Virus record (IMG/VR): IMGVR_UViG_3300025011_000030
Span: 1-64,000 of that record
Reading direction: 5' to 3' (one strand)
Length of the DNA: 64,000 nucleotides
Origin: a virus
Shown: piece after piece, positions 18,495 through 27,915 of the stretch
Layout: every line of letters begins with the position of its first letter
Numbering within the stretch: the stretch's first letter is position 1
Position numbers and translations under genes: made by a program
The notes under the pieces: generated by a model
Databases searched by the model: none
Seen by the model: only the letters and a program-made list of their open reading frames with translations
What the model was told of the DNA's origin: nothing

Positions 18495-20180
18495 ATGCCA
18501 AGTATTAAGGTAAACATTTTCAACGAATTAACTAAAATTAGAAACGGTGTAGTATACTCAAGCGTTACTGCAATAGTAGACGAAATTATTCAAAACAGCC
18601 AGCGAGCCAAAGCCACCGAAATTCACATTGTGGCTGACGAGGATACGATAATTATAGCCGATAACGGTATAGGCTGTAAGAACTTAGCCCAAGTATTTGA
18701 AAAGTCGAGTTCAGGTTGGGGATTAGACGAAGCATTTGGCGAAGGTTTTTTCAGTACATTTGCAATCGCCGACAGAATAACCGTAGAGAGCTTGAATAAA
18801 AAAGCGTCGGTTGACGTATTAAATATAATGGAAACAGGTGACTTGAGTTACAGCATAACAGACGGTGACAGGCAGCTTAAAGGTTTCGCAGTAACCCTTC
18901 AAGGTACGTTGATAAAGGAAAACTTAGACAGCTTATACACTCATTTAGCTAAAATCGCGAGTTACTTACCGGCTCAAGTTACCTTAAACGGTGGGACAAT
19001 AGCTAAAAAAGAAATCACCGAGTTACCTTGGGCCGTATTTAGTTACCCGGTCAACAATAAGCTGTATCAAGGTCAACTAGCTCCGGATAAACAGAATAAC
19101 GACATAGAAGTATTTTACGAATACAGAGATGTATGCGAAGTATACGTGGGCAGTGTGACAGGTAAATTGCACTTGAAACAAGGTGCAGTCACTTTAAAAG
19201 CTCCAGATAGGAAAGCGATTGTTCGGGATAACAAATATAGTGACTTTAGGTCACAATTGATGGAAGATACCACTAAAATGTATAAAAAGATTATTAAGGA
19301 TCAACCTGAGCTGATTGACGTATATGCCGAACAGATTGGCCAGTTCCTAACAGTTGCAGATTACATTAATCAACTTGAGCTTGAAGGTATACAGGATGTT
19401 ACTAAGTACATTGGCGAAGTGAGTATGGTTACGGCCCAACTGCAACAAGTATTCGCAGCGGCATTAGCACAGGATACAGCAGTACGTGACCAACAAGACA
19501 GAGAAGATTCAACTGAATTGTTCGAAGTTAGTAACAAAAAGAAAACTCGCCGAAAGAAAATCACTACCCTCAAAAACGACAAGAAAACTATTTGGGTGGG
19601 TGCGAGTGAAGTTGACGGGTATAAGGAAGCCATTGCAGAACTAGAATACTATGGGTTCAAGGTAGTTATTGCGAAACACATATTATACGAAGAAGCTTTC
19701 AAGTCGATGGGATTGATGCATATTGGCGATGTTAAGCAGAACATTATAAAACAGCACAGTATTAAAAATGTGACAGTAAAGACCAGTAAAGAAAAGCGGG
19801 CCCTGTGGCTGTTTGAAAAAATTGAAACTAAATATAACATCCCGGGAACATTTTTAATCGCCGATCTAGGGTTGAACATAGTGACAAAGATTGGCGATAA
19901 GGTGATAAGTAAGGAATCCAAAGTAGTGGCTGGAGTTACACAAGGTGAACATATTTACATGAACCGTAAAAGCCTTCAGTTAGCTAAAATGGATAACAGC
20001 TCTGCATACTACAATTGGGATAGAGTAAACATTGAGGATCTTAGGTTCTTACTTAGGAACTTAGATACGTTGGCACATGAATTGGCCCATAGGATTGAGA
20101 GTACTGAGGACAATACGCTGGGACATTTTCAGGCCCAAACAAGAATTGCCAGTGAGTTAGCTGAATGTTTCGTAAAGTAA
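18495..20180 (+). CDS. GHKL ATPase with C-terminal HExxH motif
   Basis: DEIIQNSQRA, DNGIG, FGEGFFS; LAHELAH. Confidence 0.75.
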   Translation: MPSIKVNIFNELTKIRNGVVYSSVTAIVDEIIQNSQRAKATEIHIVADEDTIIIADNGIGCKNLAQVFEKSSSGWGLDEAFGEGFFSTFAIADRITVESLNKKASVDVLNIMETGDLSYSITDGDRQLKGFAVTLQGTLIKENLDSLYTHLAKIASYLPAQVTLNGGTIAKKEITELPWAVFSYPVNNKLYQGQLAPDKQNNDIEVFYEYRDVCEVYVGSVTGKLHLKQGAVTLKAPDRKAIVRDNKYSDFRSQLMEDTTKMYKKIIKDQPELIDVYAEQIGQFLTVADYINQLELEGIQDVTKYIGEVSMVTAQLQQVFAAALAQDTAVRDQQDREDSTELFEVSNKKKTRRKKITTLKNDKKTIWVGASEVDGYKEAIAELEYYGFKVVIAKHILYEEAFKSMGLMHIGDVKQNIIKQHSIKNVTVKTSKEKRALWLFEKIETKYNIPGTFLIADLGLNIVTKIGDKVISKESKVVAGVTQGEHIYMNRKSLQLAKMDNSSAYYNWDRVNIEDLRFLLRNLDTLAHELAHRIESTEDNTLGHFQAQTRIASELAECFVK

Positions 20181-20184
20181 TAAC

Positions 20185-20206
20185 GGCCCTTCACAGGGCC
20201 TTTTTT
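20185..20206 (+). terminator. Intrinsic terminator
   Basis: GGCCCT-TCAC-AGGGCC-TTTTTT. Confidence 0.75.
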
Positions 20207-20298
20207 ACGTTTATTTACCTGTTTCAAAAGCTTGTATTATATGTTAGTATACAAACGTCAGTATTATAATACAATACAGTTTAAGGGAGGTTTCATTA

Positions 20299-20769
20299 AT
20301 GTCTGTACCAGAAGCTAAATTTAACGATCCTAGAGAACAGTTTGCGCACCTACTAAGAGCGCTTATCAACGAAAACGGGTATAAACCTGGTAAGCTGGCT
20401 AAGTTACTAAACGTATCCGACGCATCAATTTACGGCTGGAAAGGTGCCGATCCTGACCGTTGGGTAAGTGTTAGTAGTTTAGAGAAATATACTAAACTAC
20501 TAGACGAACTGATTAATGAAATGCCTGTTACTACTTGTATCAACAATCCTGTCGACAGCATGGAATGGAAGGTAAATAAAACTGGGTTGGTAGTTGAATT
20601 TAATACTAACGACAGTAGTATTCAGCAGGCTCTTGTGATGGTTACTCGTCAACGTCAAGAGGTTTTAGACGAAATTGAAGTAACTACCAAACGTTTAGAG
20701 TTACTGCAACTCCAAGATACTAAGCTCGATACAGCTATTCAAGTTCTAAGAAATTTAAACGAAAATTGA
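20299..20769 (+). CDS. XRE-like HTH regulator with coiled-coil C-terminus (candidate repressor)
   Basis: PGKLAKLLNVSDASIYGWK; degenerate operator upstream at 20233-20251. Confidence 0.6.
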   Translation: MSVPEAKFNDPREQFAHLLRALINENGYKPGKLAKLLNVSDASIYGWKGADPDRWVSVSSLEKYTKLLDELINEMPVTTCINNPVDSMEWKVNKTGLVVEFNTNDSSIQQALVMVTRQRQEVLDEIEVTTKRLELLQLQDTKLDTAIQVLRNLNEN

Positions 20770-20808
20770 CTTGCATTTCAACGTGAAACGATGTTAAACT
20801 GTATTTGA

Positions 20809-20839
20809 GCTTTAAAAAACCTTTGACAGTTTTATATAA
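20809..20839 (+). promoter_or_regulatory. Putative phage-sigma promoter
   Basis: GCTTTAAAAAA...TTTTATATAA. Confidence 0.55.
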
Positions 20840-20882
20840 CCCAACAATGGTAACTCAAATACAAAGGAGGTCAAATAAACAC

Positions 20883-21494
20883 ATGTTGAACCTTATTAAC
20901 ATCGATAAACCTATTACAGTTAACGGTCAGCTTTACCCTAACAGTATGACAGCCTATGCAGCCTTAAAAGACTTTACAGGTGACATTAAAATTGAGTTCG
21001 GTGCCAATACTACTCCCCAACAACCGTCAGCAGAAAAGAAGGTAGTAACTACGACAGTAGCGCCGGTCGCCAATGTTGGTACAGAGTACAGAGTTAATGT
21101 ACGACAGTATATGATAAAACCCGCTACTCCTCAGTTTGACTTTCATACGAAATGGAATAACGATAAACCGATGCCAATGAGGGTTATGGTTGGGGTTATA
21201 CTGGAAGAAACAAAGGGCATGTACAAAATGAAGTTACACGGTCGGCCTGAACCTTCGTCAACTTGTTTGCACTGTGGTCGCGGGTTAACAAACAAAATTT
21301 CAATGATATACGGTTTAGGGCCTATTTGTGGGCAGCATTTCTATGTGTCGCCGTATGAAACAGCCGAAGAAGTAGAAGCTGCGATGGATGCTATTCGTGC
21401 TAGGATGGCCGAAATAACATGGGAAGGGTGGGTAATAAAATCTGCAATACTAAGCATGGATAAAGTAGACAGTACAAGTGCGGTGGCTATTTAG
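20883..21494 (+). CDS. Zn-ribbon (DUF6011-like) protein
   Basis: CLHCGRGLT...GLGPIC; AGGAGG RBS before ATG 20883. Confidence 0.6.
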   Translation: MLNLINIDKPITVNGQLYPNSMTAYAALKDFTGDIKIEFGANTTPQQPSAEKKVVTTTVAPVANVGTEYRVNVRQYMIKPATPQFDFHTKWNNDKPMPMRVMVGVILEETKGMYKMKLHGRPEPSSTCLHCGRGLTNKISMIYGLGPICGQHFYVSPYETAEEVEAAMDAIRARMAEITWEGWVIKSAILSMDKVDSTSAVAI

Positions 21495-21536
21495 TCACCG
21501 TTTTACTCTATAACGAAGGGAGGTAAACTACGAATA

Positions 21537-21764
21537 ATGAGTACTTACGACATTTTAAAAGACCCTAAAGCCGGTTACTGCACGTCACATAACTGGCAGT
21601 TAAGCCTAAACAATATACGAAAACGGAATTGTTTGGGTAAAGCTTGTATGTTTTTAATTCGGTTAGAGCATTCAGCTTGGAAGGAGCCGGGTATTGAAAC
21701 TACGAATAAGGAGTTTTATAACAAGCGAAATAAGAACTGTAAAACTCTCAAGCGAAACAGATAG
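21537..21764 (+). CDS. Hypothetical Cys/His-containing protein
   Basis: GGGAGG RBS; YCTSH...CLGKAC. Confidence 0.6.
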   Translation: MSTYDILKDPKAGYCTSHNWQLSLNNIRKRNCLGKACMFLIRLEHSAWKEPGIETTNKEFYNKRNKNCKTLKRNR

Positions 21765-21780
21765 CTGAACAGGTTAAAAA

Positions 21781-21819
21781 GTCGCTCACTTAAAAAAGTG
21801 GGTGACTTTTTTTATATGT
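21781..21819 (+). terminator. Terminator hairpin fused with a putative phage-sigma promoter
   Basis: GTCGCTCACT-TAAAAA-AGTGGGTGAC-TTTTTTT-ATATG. Confidence 0.65.
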
Positions 21820-21950
21820 TATTCAAACGGGTTAATAAGGAGGGAGTATTAAAAAAATGGTAGTTGGTAAGGTTATTAACGGAGTACCTATGCTTCATTT
21901 CACTAAGTCTAAATGTTGGGTGCCATTACACATGTTAAAGGAGATAACTG

Positions 21951-22307
21951 ATGTCAGACAGGTCAACTCGGTATTTTAGTAACAAACAGGAAAAGCGAGT
22001 CACTCAGCGACATCAGCCTCACGGTAGCTCTAAAGTAGCTAACAGCGGTGCCCGGCCGTTAGATAAGGGTGACGTACGATTTAAGCATGTTCTTACCGAG
22101 TGTAAAACGTTAATCAAACCACAGAAATCACGTTCAATAAAGAAAGAATGGTTAACACAGGTTCGGGAGGAGGCTTTTGCTGTCGGTAAAGAACTTTCGG
22201 TATTGGTTTTTGATTTCGGTGACGGTGATGATTTTTACGCTGTTCATCCCGACGACTTTATTAGTTTATATGAAGCTTGGGTAGAAGTTAATAAAGGAGT
22301 TGAGTAA
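21951..22307 (+). CDS. PD-(D/E)XK nuclease, Holliday-junction-resolvase-like
   Basis: QEKR, SGA, KGDV, ECKT. Confidence 0.7.
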   Translation: MSDRSTRYFSNKQEKRVTQRHQPHGSSKVANSGARPLDKGDVRFKHVLTECKTLIKPQKSRSIKKEWLTQVREEAFAVGKELSVLVFDFGDGDDFYAVHPDDFISLYEAWVEVNKGVE

Positions 22308-22536
22308 TATGAGCGAAGTATGTACAGCATGTCACCGTAAACTCAAAGATCCGGAGAGTATTGCTCGCGGTATGGGCCCTGTTTGTTACCAGAAATTCGT
22401 GGGTAGCCCTATTCGGTTAACTATTAAACAGTTAGATCCCGAACAGGTGCCGGCGGTGTTTACGTCAAAGATTTTGCCTGAAGATTTACCGTTGATTCGC
22501 TTATGCCGGTTATTACAAGATAAATTTGGAGGTTGA
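22300..22536 (+). CDS. DUF6011-like Zn-ribbon protein
   Basis: CTACHRKLKDPESIARGMGPVC. Confidence 0.65.
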   Translation: MSNMSEVCTACHRKLKDPESIARGMGPVCYQKFVGSPIRLTIKQLDPEQVPAVFTSKILPEDLPLIRLCRLLQDKFGG

Positions 22537-22540
22537 TATT

Positions 22541-23626
22541 TTGATATCATTAGCTTTGAAATACCGTCCAAAAACTTTTGAGGATGTAGTGGGTCAGGAA
22601 AACACTATTAAAATACTAATGAACCAGCTGCAGAACAAAGATACTCGTCAAGGTTATTTATTCACAGGTTCTGCCGGGACTGGAAAAACCACGGTGGCCA
22701 GAATATTTGCCAACGCTATCAACGAGGGTAAAGGTTCACCTATTGAGCTAGATGCTGCAAGTAATAACGGTGTAAACGAAGTAAGAGAACTCCGTGAAAA
22801 CTGTAAGTTTAAGCCCATTGACAGCCCATATAAAGTTTATATTATTGACGAAGTTCACATGTTATCAACAGGTGCATTTAATGCCTTGTTAAAAACATTG
22901 GAAGAGCCTCCTGCTCATGCCGTGTTTATTTTATGCACTACAGACCCGCAGAAAATACCGGCAACTATCATCAGCAGGACTCAACGATTTGGTTTTAAGA
23001 GAATACCCACCGAACAAGTGACTGCACGACTTCGTTATATTTTGGATGTTGAATCTGTTGGTTGTGTAAAGTGCCCAAAAACTGAAGAGTATCATGCTAC
23101 TTGTTTAGAGTGCGAAGAGCCTGATATTTACTATGTTGAACTTGATGCGATTGAGTTTATTGCTAAGTTAGCTAACGGAGGTATGCGAGATGCTATAAGT
23201 CTTATGGATACCTGCCTTTCCTACAAGAACAGGCTGTTGGTCAACGATGTATCTGAAATTTTAGGTACGGCTAACTATACTGATTGCATAGATCTTTTAT
23301 ACAACTTGAACGATCGGGAAGTTAATACAGTTATTGAAATGATCGAAGACCTGTATCAGGAAGGTAAGGATCTTAAGTTATTTGTTAAGACAATGACTGA
23401 CTTCCTGTTAGACTATCAAAAGTATGTGCTATTTAATGGTTTGCAATATTGTACAATACCGTCAATGTATGTACAGGATCTTGAACGGTTACGGGATGTT
23501 TTGTCCAATGATTTTCTGCAAAATACTTTCAAATCGTTTGTTAAGTTAGTACAAACGGTTAAATACGAAAGTGATCCTAAAATGTTGATTGAATGCGAGC
23601 TGTTACTACTTTGTAACGCCGGCTAG
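22541..23626 (+). CDS. dnaX: Clamp loader gamma/tau subunit
   Basis: KYRPKTFEDVVGQ, GTGKTT, ELDAASN, IIDEVHML, LLKTLEEPP, GGMRDA. Confidence 0.95.
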   Translation: MISLALKYRPKTFEDVVGQENTIKILMNQLQNKDTRQGYLFTGSAGTGKTTVARIFANAINEGKGSPIELDAASNNGVNEVRELRENCKFKPIDSPYKVYIIDEVHMLSTGAFNALLKTLEEPPAHAVFILCTTDPQKIPATIISRTQRFGFKRIPTEQVTARLRYILDVESVGCVKCPKTEEYHATCLECEEPDIYYVELDAIEFIAKLANGGMRDAISLMDTCLSYKNRLLVNDVSEILGTANYTDCIDLLYNLNDREVNTVIEMIEDLYQEGKDLKLFVKTMTDFLLDYQKYVLFNGLQYCTIPSMYVQDLERLRDVLSNDFLQNTFKSFVKLVQTVKYESDPKMLIECELLLLCNAG

Positions 23627-23634
23627 ACTGCGAG

Positions 23635-24435
23635 GTGAAATTGTTGATAGGACAGAAAAAATTATTAGATCATTTACGTTCGTTAATTGAGCATACAGGT
23701 ATGCCGGCACTATTAATATTAACAGGGCCTAAAGGTCAGGGTAAATACACATTAGCCAAAGAAGTCGCAGCATTATTTGATGCAGATGTATACGAGCCGG
23801 AAGCACTGAAAGTTGACGACATAAGAGCTTTAATTGAAGATACGTTTACGGTTAACCGACGGAAGATTTACATTTTACGCGATGCTCACGAAATGACGGT
23901 TCAGGCTCAAAACGCTCTACTTAAAACAGCTGAAGAGCCGCCGGTCAACTGTACTATAATAATGACGGTGAGTTTAGTCACTAAAATATTACCTACTATT
24001 TATTCCAGGTCGGTTCAGCTGAGTTTGGACTTGTATTCAAAAGAGGAACTGAAACAGTTTACGGATAACGAGGTATTGTTAACCGTATGCAGTAACCCTG
24101 GACAAATAAAGGAATTCCTAGAAATAGATTTCGTTGCGATGTTCGACAATTGCCTGAAGATACTAAAGAGTGTGGGTAAAGTCACTCATGCAAATACTTT
24201 TAACATTTTAAAGTTTGTTGATGTTGAAAAATTGCATTTGTTTATGCTGGTACTTAAACATATCTATGCAGCTCAGTTACCTTTAGTAGACAAAAGTAAA
24301 GCTCCTTTTTTAGCTAAGAGCATTGAAATACTGCACAGGTATTCAGCTTTATTAACTAATAAGTCTATCAATAAGAATCATGCTTTAGAAATGATGTTTA
24401 TTGATCTTAAGGAGGCTGAATACATTGGAATTTAA
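23635..24435 (+). CDS. holB: Clamp loader delta-prime subunit
   Basis: GPKGQGK, VDDIR, AQNALLKTAEEPP, LPTIYSR. Confidence 0.85.
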   Translation: MKLLIGQKKLLDHLRSLIEHTGMPALLILTGPKGQGKYTLAKEVAALFDADVYEPEALKVDDIRALIEDTFTVNRRKIYILRDAHEMTVQAQNALLKTAEEPPVNCTIIMTVSLVTKILPTIYSRSVQLSLDLYSKEELKQFTDNEVLLTVCSNPGQIKEFLEIDFVAMFDNCLKILKSVGKVTHANTFNILKFVDVEKLHLFMLVLKHIYAAQLPLVDKSKAPFLAKSIEILHRYSALLTNKSINKNHALEMMFIDLKEAEYIGI

Positions 24436-25330
24436 GCAGCTGAAAAAAGAACTTGATTCTGGTAAGGTTCGACCTTTTTACATTTTCACAGGTGAAGAAA
24501 AGGAAGTACTTAGGAAGTACATTAAGCGCATAAGTCCCGATGTACAGACAGCTCAGTCCTTAGCCAGTATTGCCGGTAAGTTAAGCAGTCGCGGCCTGTT
24601 TGCCCGTAAACAGACTTTCGTTATACATAACGATAAAGAGGCCGTCAAGGTTGAGTTGAGCACGTTATTGAAGCTCATAGGTAACAATACGGTAATACTT
24701 GTGTACGACAGTATTGACGGACGAATTAAGTTTTTCAAAGAAGCTAAGGACTATATCACCGAGTTTAAAAAGTTCACCGAAGCTCAATTAGCTGCAACGG
24801 TTAAACGTCTTTTAGGAACAGATGTAGAACCTAAAATATCTTTGATGTTGAGTTTGTACTGTGGTAACGATGTCGCCCGGTTAGAACTTGAATGTCATAA
24901 ATTAAGAAGCTTAGGGTTACCTATAACCGAACAGTTAGTTGACGAGTTAGTGATACCGCCGGTCGAAGACGAGATTTTTAAAATGACCGAAAGTATTGCT
25001 AAAAAGGACGCCGTTATGGCTTGGTGCTTATACGATAACCTTCGGCAGTTGAAGGAAAGTCCTATTAAAATGATTAGTATACTCTATACCAAGTTTCGCG
25101 AAATATTTTTGGTACAGAGTATGCTTGACAGGGAAAATACAGAGGTATGCTCTAAGACAGGGTTGGTTTTTTGGCAGGTTAATAAAGCCCGTGAGTTAGC
25201 TAACAGGTTCAGCCTGACTGAGCTACTAAGGCACTTAAAATCCATTCAAAAAGCCGAGGTAGATATAAAGACAGGTCGTATTGAGGATATAGTTGCTTGG
25301 GAAAGCTTGTTGCTTAGCATTCTAAAATAA
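24425..25330 (+). CDS. holA: Clamp loader delta subunit
   Basis: YIFTGEE, SRGLF (LF clamp contact), DGR..F, LELECHKL, IFKM, DIKTG. Confidence 0.82.
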   Translation: MEFKQLKKELDSGKVRPFYIFTGEEKEVLRKYIKRISPDVQTAQSLASIAGKLSSRGLFARKQTFVIHNDKEAVKVELSTLLKLIGNNTVILVYDSIDGRIKFFKEAKDYITEFKKFTEAQLAATVKRLLGTDVEPKISLMLSLYCGNDVARLELECHKLRSLGLPITEQLVDELVIPPVEDEIFKMTESIAKKDAVMAWCLYDNLRQLKESPIKMISILYTKFREIFLVQSMLDRENTEVCSKTGLVFWQVNKARELANRFSLTELLRHLKSIQKAEVDIKTGRIEDIVAWESLLLSILK

Positions 25331-25336
25331 AAGGAA

Positions 25337-26035
25337 TTGGTTACCGTGGTAAATACAGCTGAGTGTAAGAACTCTAATATACATCCATCGTTAAATTTTA
25401 GAATAGACGACTATGATTTGCAGTTAGTTATAAGGGCGAAAACTGACGAACGGTCGTTTGATAATTTGTTTAACCGACCCAAGTCGCAGAAGATACGTCA
25501 GGTTATGGCTCGGAGGTATTGGGCTCCCGGAGCAGACTTTGACGATCTGTTGCAAATAGCTAACATAGGGTTCTGGTTTGCCGTTCGTGACTTTAACCCT
25601 GAAAGGGATACTAAGTTTCTAATTTTTATGAAGATTTGCATAAAAAGACTTCTTATAACATTCTTAAAGTTTTCAACCAGGCAAAAACAAATGCCGTTAA
25701 ATTTTTCACGTTCTTACGATGCTTGTATTTACGACGGTTCAACCGAAACATTGTTAAATAAAGTTCCAGATTACGATGCAGACCCTATTGCATGTATATT
25801 GAAGGTAGCCGACTGTAACGACCTCTTGGTCGTTCTTTCGGAATTCCTTAGTACTTTAGAATACGATATCCTGATAATGCGGTATATTGAGGGTTTAGAT
25901 TACGAACAAATTGCACACATTCGGCGGTGCTCGATTAAGCGAGTCAACAATGCCCTTCAACGAGTCAAGAAAAAGGCATTAAAGCACAAAGCCAAGGTAT
26001 TAAATGATTGCTATTTTATACAAAGAGGAAGGTGA
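25337..26035 (+). CDS. Sigma-70-family factor, SigH-like
   Basis: GADFDDLLQIANIG...AVRDF; LSTLE...GLDYEQIA...KRVNNALQRVKKK. Confidence 0.85.
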   Translation: MVTVVNTAECKNSNIHPSLNFRIDDYDLQLVIRAKTDERSFDNLFNRPKSQKIRQVMARRYWAPGADFDDLLQIANIGFWFAVRDFNPERDTKFLIFMKICIKRLLITFLKFSTRQKQMPLNFSRSYDACIYDGSTETLLNKVPDYDADPIACILKVADCNDLLVVLSEFLSTLEYDILIMRYIEGLDYEQIAHIRRCSIKRVNNALQRVKKKALKHKAKVLNDCYFIQRGR

Positions 26036-26465
26036 CTATTACTTGGGTTGGTTAGCTTTTGTCTGTTCCATATTAGGGTATTATTTCCTCATAAAGAAAA
26101 GTCATTGGGTATTCCCTATATGGACAGTATCCAACATTGGATGGGTAGTGCTTGCGGTTTATAATAAGGATTTACCGCAGTTGGCTTTATTTAGTATTTA
26201 TATTGTTATCAACTTTTATGGTTGGTACAAGTGGGCACAGGGTTCTACAATTATTATCGGTGCGGTTTATCAGAATTCTAAAAATGGCGTATTTTATAGA
26301 GTATTGGGAATCGACGGCGAACAAGTTGTTTATATGTGCGAAGATACTCAACTATATTCAAGACCTGTTAAAGAGTGGTTCGGTAAAAACCGCAAAGGGG
26401 AAGTAAGATTCAAACATGCACCTATTCACAACGATAAAGTTCCAAAAGTTTGTTCCTGGAACTAA
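26004..26465 (+). CDS. PnuC-like membrane segment fused to a DUF1653-like domain
   Basis: Three hydrophobic helices ending NFYGWYKW; then YQNSKNG..YRV...VVY...YSRP. Confidence 0.5.
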   Translation: MIAILYKEEGDYYLGWLAFVCSILGYYFLIKKSHWVFPIWTVSNIGWVVLAVYNKDLPQLALFSIYIVINFYGWYKWAQGSTIIIGAVYQNSKNGVFYRVLGIDGEQVVYMCEDTQLYSRPVKEWFGKNRKGEVRFKHAPIHNDKVPKVCSWN

Positions 26466-26493
26466 ATCAGTTCAACAAAGGGAGTGGTAACTC

Positions 26494-27321
26494 ATAAGTA
26501 AGGCAGATACAATTTTTATAAACATGTGTCAGAATATATTAAATAACGGAGTAACTTCAGAAGGACAAAAGGTGAGGCCGAAATGGAATGACGGAACTCC
26601 GGCACATACCGTTAAAATTTTCGGAGTGATAAATCGGTACAACCTTGCAGAGGAATTTCCAATCACTACACTCAGGCCCACTAATTTAAAAGCTGTAATA
26701 GACGAAATACTTTGGATTTGGCAAAAGAAATCGAATAACGTTAATGAACTTAATACTCGAATTTGGGATAGCTGGGCCGACTTTGACGGTTCAGTAGGTA
26801 AGACATACGGTTACCAGCTGGGTATTAAGCATAGATACCTAGAAGGGGTATTTGATCAGGTTGACAGGGTATTATACGATTTAAAGCATAATCCTTATAG
26901 TAGAAGGATAATAACCAACATGTATAATCACCATGACCTACATGAAATGAACTTATATCCATGCTGTTATAGCATGACATTTAATGTTATAGGTGATACA
27001 TTAAGTGCCATTTTAAATCAGCGATCACAAGATGTGCTAGTCGCTAATAATTGGGATGTATGTCACCATGCAATTGTTTTGTTAATGTTTGCACAGGTGA
27101 CCGGCTTTAAAGTGGGTGAGTTAATTCATGTGATTGCTGATACGCACATTTACGACAGGCATGTTGAGGCCGTGAAGGAGCTTATTCAGCGAGAAACATA
27201 TCCTGCACCCAGTTTACTTGTTAACCCTGATGTGAGAAATTTCTACGATTTTTCAGTTGACGATTTTGTACTATTGAATTACAAAAGTGGTCCTCAAATT
27301 AAAATTCCTGTAGCTGTTTAA
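26494..27321 (+). CDS. thyA: Thymidylate synthase homologue with Asp at the substrate-specificity position; probable ATA start
   Basis: IWDSWAD, YGYQ, SRR, catalytic PC, QRSQD, HIYDRH; NNWD where NNWN/PFN is expected. Confidence 0.88.
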   Translation: MSKADTIFINMCQNILNNGVTSEGQKVRPKWNDGTPAHTVKIFGVINRYNLAEEFPITTLRPTNLKAVIDEILWIWQKKSNNVNELNTRIWDSWADFDGSVGKTYGYQLGIKHRYLEGVFDQVDRVLYDLKHNPYSRRIITNMYNHHDLHEMNLYPCCYSMTFNVIGDTLSAILNQRSQDVLVANNWDVCHHAIVLLMFAQVTGFKVGELIHVIADTHIYDRHVEAVKELIQRETYPAPSLLVNPDVRNFYDFSVDDFVLLNYKSGPQIKIPVAV

Positions 27322-27334
27322 AGGAGGGTCTGAA

Positions 27335-27823
27335 TTGATATTATTAAGTGGTATTCAACTAACTCACATGCTGTTGGCTATTGAATCTTCGAAATTAAAT
27401 ACCTTTTGTTATAGAGGTCAGACAGGTGCCGTTATTGTAGCCGAAGATGGTGCAGTCGTTTTCGCTTATAATCGTATGCCGGTTAGTATTGATCACCGAA
27501 TGTGTGTACCTGAAAAATGTCCTAGGGAAGGACAGAAACGGGGTGACTGGTCTAGTCAAAAAGTTTGCCCTGTTATTCACGCTGAAAGAGGTGCTATTTA
27601 CAATGCAGCGAAGACAGGTTTAAAAACTGCAGGTGCCGCGATGTATTGCACATATAAACCGTGTATGGAATGTGCAGTAGCTATCAGTGAGGCTGATATC
27701 GAGACTGTATATTTCCTCAAAGATTATAAGCCTGAGGAAGAAAAGGATACCTACGATGAAGTAGAAGTGTTCTGCTCGCGAGCCTTAATACGTTTGTATC
27801 ATGCACAACTACCGAGGTATTAA
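27335..27823 (+). CDS. dCMP deaminase-like protein
   Basis: GAVIV, HAE, PCMEC. Confidence 0.88.
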   Translation: MILLSGIQLTHMLLAIESSKLNTFCYRGQTGAVIVAEDGAVVFAYNRMPVSIDHRMCVPEKCPREGQKRGDWSSQKVCPVIHAERGAIYNAAKTGLKTAGAAMYCTYKPCMECAVAISEADIETVYFLKDYKPEEEKDTYDEVEVFCSRALIRLYHAQLPRY

Positions 27824-27830
27824 GTTTCAC

Positions 27831-27859
27831 TTGTATATTATATCATAATATGTTACACT
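27831..27859 (+). promoter_or_regulatory. SigA-type promoter with operator
   Basis: TTGTAT-17-TACACT; TATATTA-N5-TAATATG. Confidence 0.7.
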
Positions 27860-27915
27860 ATCAGGTAACAGGTTGTAAAACTTGTTACCTGATATTAGTT
27901 AGAGGAGGTCAACCA

